28,708 nucleotides of DNA, taken from an uncultured Halobacteriales archaeon. GTDB taxonomy: Archaea; Halobacteriota; Halobacteria; Halobacteriales; Natrialbaceae. The position numbers and the translations under genes were made by a program. Within the stretch, counting starts at the first letter, position 1, and the number at the start of each line of letters is the position of its first letter. The DNA is taken from assembly GCA_964542685.1 (NCBI GenBank), contig CAZIVN010000001.1, positions 1-28,708 of the forward strand. Reading direction: 5' to 3'. This document shows positions 26,701-28,708 of the stretch, in pieces. A model generated the notes under the pieces. That model saw only the letters and a program-made list of their open reading frames with translations, was not told where the DNA came from and searched no databases.

Positions 26701-27853
26701 CATCGGCGACCGCCGGGGAGTGTCCAAGACGCTCAACGACCTCGGCATCGTCGCCGACAGACTGGGCGAGTACGACCGCGCTCGTGACCGGTACCGGGAG
26801 AGCCTCGAGATCAAGCGCGACATCGGTGACCGGAGCGGCGAGGCTGGCACGCTGCTGAATCTCGGCGTCGTCGCGCGGCTAGTGGGTGATCTGGACGAGG
26901 CCCGGGACCGCTACCGGGAGAGCCTCGAAACGATGCGGGAACTCGGCCACCGCCGCGGCGAGGCACAGTGTCTCCAGAACCTGGGGACCGTCACACGGTA
27001 CCAGGGTGACCACGAGCGAGCGCGGGAGTACCACGAGGCGAGTCTCGAGGTCGCCCGGGAGATCGGACTCACTCGGACCGAGGCCGCGAACCTCGCGAAC
27101 ATCGGTACGACAGCCCGGTTGCGGGGACGGTACGACCGAGCGCGCGAGTACTACGAGGAGAGTGTCGCCATCGCTCGCGACGTCGGCAATCGCGCCCGCG
27201 AAGCCTCCGTTCGCACCGAACTCGGCCTCACCTCCCTCCGAACCGGCGACCACGACGAGGCACGCGATCACCTCGAACCCGCCCGAGAGACCGCCCGCGA
27301 GGTCGGCCAGGCGACGACGGAGTGCACCTCGCTGTACGGCCTGGGGAAACTCGCACGCCGAGAGGGCGAGTTCCGCCTGGCACGACGTCGTCTCACCCGG
27401 GCGCTCGCAGTCGTCAGCGACGAGGCGGGGACGGACGACGTCGCCGCACGGGTTCGTCTCGAACTGGCGCGTACCGCACTCGAGAGCGGCGATCCGGAGG
27501 AGGCCGAGGCCCACCTCCGGCGGGCGCGGGACTCGTTCGCTCGACTCGGCATAACACACCGACTCGCACGGTGTCGGATCCTCGCGGGTCGCATCGCCGT
27601 GGCCGCAGGGAACACCGACGAGGCCCGCGAGCAGTGGCGAACCGTGCTCGAAACCGTCGACGAAGCGTGGTTCCTGCGGGACGCCACGACGGCGTTGCGC
27701 TACCTGGTCGAAACCTGCCGCAACGTCGGCGACGAGGAGCGAGCACGAGCGTGGTACGAGCGCGCTCGCGAGACGCTCGCCGACGCCCCCGAGCCGGTGG
27801 CAGACACGCACCGGGCGTGGGTCGACGACCACGACGACCTATCCGGGGCGTGA
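23729..27853 (+). CDS. Hanks-type Ser/Thr kinase - STAND-like P-loop NTPase - TPR array, paralogue 2 (1374 aa)
   Basis: Same kinase motifs; GPPGAGKST (24863-24889); about 15 repeats of 40 aa. Confidence 0.88.
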   Translation: MNGNPTDALPIPTSVAPVGAVDVDYDAVERIGPVGSGSNATVFEARAGDHRVALKEPSVEDDRVAERFVDEAEVWSRLADHDHVVGVVDWGTGDEAQGTDGPWLALEFADGGDLRSRERPGVAEALWVARCLADAVAGAHEQGVVHLDLTPDNVLFRSVDDSWDVPKVGDWGLARRLDDATDPDGVTPPYAAPEQFENDGGDALDERTDVYQLGALLYRLLTGEAPYSGPPSEIEAAVLAGDPPCPTVVDPGLPAAVDEVVARATANDPADRYDTAEAFRADLDDVLVAVVERASTAGDGPTGTDAALERQGFERVTAGYFEDREPAPPSEAWRAGLDLVDVDAGYAVERTVERDGERVSLSARLRERLDDGGTVAVVGPPGAGKSTVCKQVACAWRDAGTGPVLYRESGQGRRLDAPATLRRYLAESEDTALVVVEDAVRGEASAVFDAVAAVAGDPSVSVLLDARRDEWEAADVALDRERERVRQRAVAVESVSPPDRTEYERFVAAVERSAGTDLDVAVEELVPEVREAAAGEQRQPGELFLLLHRLLAHLDLDGTDGADAATTLDEAVQATKLALERRGETFLDVGVAANLLNAAGVGVSPELLHAVAPDDETAVAEAIDVLDGRVLFTGDGAGPRDGPYRAVHEVWSAEFLATLLDAEGAETAHERFDRVVSRVLALADDAERREEVAWALRGETEYLERIAESPGEWTDAVVGDAFELGTEWPKLAALYGTAGESALTLPDACSEAVAVRRFEWRGDAYRNGDDYDRSEREYRRLLDELRGEDPTVDDEALLARARLKLGHVYRGRDEYDRAIDHTDDALALARSAGARITEADCLRALGGIALVRDEHERGVEYYEESVSIARDLGDRRREALARRKLGEVAQFRGETDRAREWYEESLATMRDIGDRGRVGVVLSNLGNLATKRGATDEARSYHHQCLEIAREIGSTKREADALGNLGNVAYEEGRFDRSREYHRRSLDLKRAIGDRRGVSKTLNDLGIVADRLGEYDRARDRYRESLEIKRDIGDRSGEAGTLLNLGVVARLVGDLDEARDRYRESLETMRELGHRRGEAQCLQNLGTVTRYQGDHERAREYHEASLEVAREIGLTRTEAANLANIGTTARLRGRYDRAREYYEESVAIARDVGNRAREASVRTELGLTSLRTGDHDEARDHLEPARETAREVGQATTECTSLYGLGKLARREGEFRLARRRLTRALAVVSDEAGTDDVAARVRLELARTALESGDPEEAEAHLRRARDSFARLGITHRLARCRILAGRIAVAAGNTDEAREQWRTVLETVDEAWFLRDATTALRYLVETCRNVGDEERARAWYERARETLADAPEPVADTHRAWVDDHDDLSGA

Positions 27854-28318
27854 TCCGTGGCCGTCCGGCGGGGCCCGATCGGACCGAACCGTCGCCAACC
27901 GTCCCGAACTCTCCGGAACCCGGCAAGTAACGGGGAAGTGTTCAATGCCGCTCGCGACCATGTGACGGTGTCGTCGTCTCCCGGCGGATTTGCCCGGTCT
28001 GCTCGGGGTGACGGCGATGCCTCCGACAGTCACGCAGTCTCTACGGGGGACGTTCAGGGGGACCGGGGGCGTTCGGCACGCGTGGCGTTCCGACTGGGAG
28101 GAGGGACGTTTCGTACCCCGCAGTGACCGGAGACGAGGGCGCTCCAACATCCCGACAGCGAATCGATTCACGGTCTCCCCTCGACGCGCGGGAACGAGCG
28201 CAGCGTCGCCGCCCCGACGCACGGGTGTGACGCCGGACGGGTCGGAGAGCGCCGATCGTCGGTCGGGCCTGGCCCGACTGCGTAGTAACGCCGGTAACGG
28301 TTGTAATACTGTAAGTAA

Positions 28319-28336
28319 TTAGGCAATATGGCCTAA
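28319..28336. promoter_or_regulatory. Palindrome TTAGGC-aatatg-GCCTAA in an AT-rich promoter
   Basis: 6-bp perfect arms ending 19 nt upstream of the ATG at 28355. Confidence 0.45.
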
Positions 28337-28354
28337 GAAAATTAGATACAGCAC

Positions 28355-28483
28355 ATGAGTGTTTCCACGATTCGATGGTCAACCACGACGCAGCGATCCG
28401 TGTACCTCCGAGTAGCCGCCGTCCTCCTGTACGGCCTGAACGTCCTCCTCACCTACGTCCTGTTCGCCGTCGTCCTCGCCTGA
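28355..28483 (+). CDS. Unannotated 42-aa membrane microprotein
   Basis: MSVSTIRWSTTTQRSVYLRVAAVLLYGLNVLLTYVLFAVVLA; host-like codons in the TM part; AT-rich promoter upstream. Confidence 0.6.
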   Translation: MSVSTIRWSTTTQRSVYLRVAAVLLYGLNVLLTYVLFAVVLA

Positions 28484-28637
28484 CGCCGAGGGGCCGCCTG
28501 CAGCGATCAGTTCGGACCGTCCTCGTCGACGGTGCCCGGCAGCCCGTCGGCGAACGTCGCCTCGACGGCGAAGGGTTCGTCGACGACCCCCTGGGTGCAG
28601 ATCTCAGCGGCGCTCCGGACGCCGTCGACCCCGACCC

Positions 28638-28708
28638 CTACTCGTCGATTCCGAGCCGGTCGTACAGGAACGTCCACTCGTCGACCTGTTCCTCGACGAT
28701 CATCGAGG
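28638..28708 (-). CDS. 3' end of a gene extending beyond the window (...MIVEEQVDEWTFLYDRLGIDE*)
   Basis: Acidic frame with host-like codons ending in TAG at 28638-28640. Confidence 0.6.
   Translation of the reverse strand, partial: SMIVEEQVDEWTFLYDRLGIDE

Noticed and set aside
27857-28382. ORFs 27857-28126, 27990-28322, 28041-28382 and 27839-28222
   Set aside because: No recognisable motifs or codon bias; the frames are mutually overlapping

Overview
High-GC haloarchaeal chromosomal DNA (inferred from acidic proteins, leaderless starts, halocyanin, DUF5809 and DUF6293). 1-8.2 kb holds core genes: flavoprotein disulfide reductase, Hsp20, a MutS5-like protein, PaaI thioesterase, NUDIX hydrolase, DUF5809, FxsA and tRNA-Ile(GAT). 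This stretch also carries a 79-bp palindromic MITE-like element. Three copies sit at TGA stop codons with a TGA duplication, a fourth decayed copy lies in tandem with the first, and one copy is interrupted by a second 108-bp MITE with a TA duplication. An accessory islet follows the tRNA, with T-arm duplications and two tiny Cys-rich ORFs. Next come ester cyclase, GIDE, a two-domain halocyanin, TMEM165/GDT1 (with a putative uORF and operator), aldo/keto reductase-AzlC-AzlD, a flippase and an M20 peptidase. The best candidate for an undescribed system is 18.7-27.9 kb. Two tandem paralogues, each Hanks-type kinase + STAND-like P-loop NTPase + 40-aa TPR array, have near-identical N-terminal halves and diverged TPR sensors. 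They flank a DUF6293 (CARF-like + wHTH) regulator that shares a mirror-image promoter with the second paralogue. All family calls come from motif recognition by eye; no searches were run.
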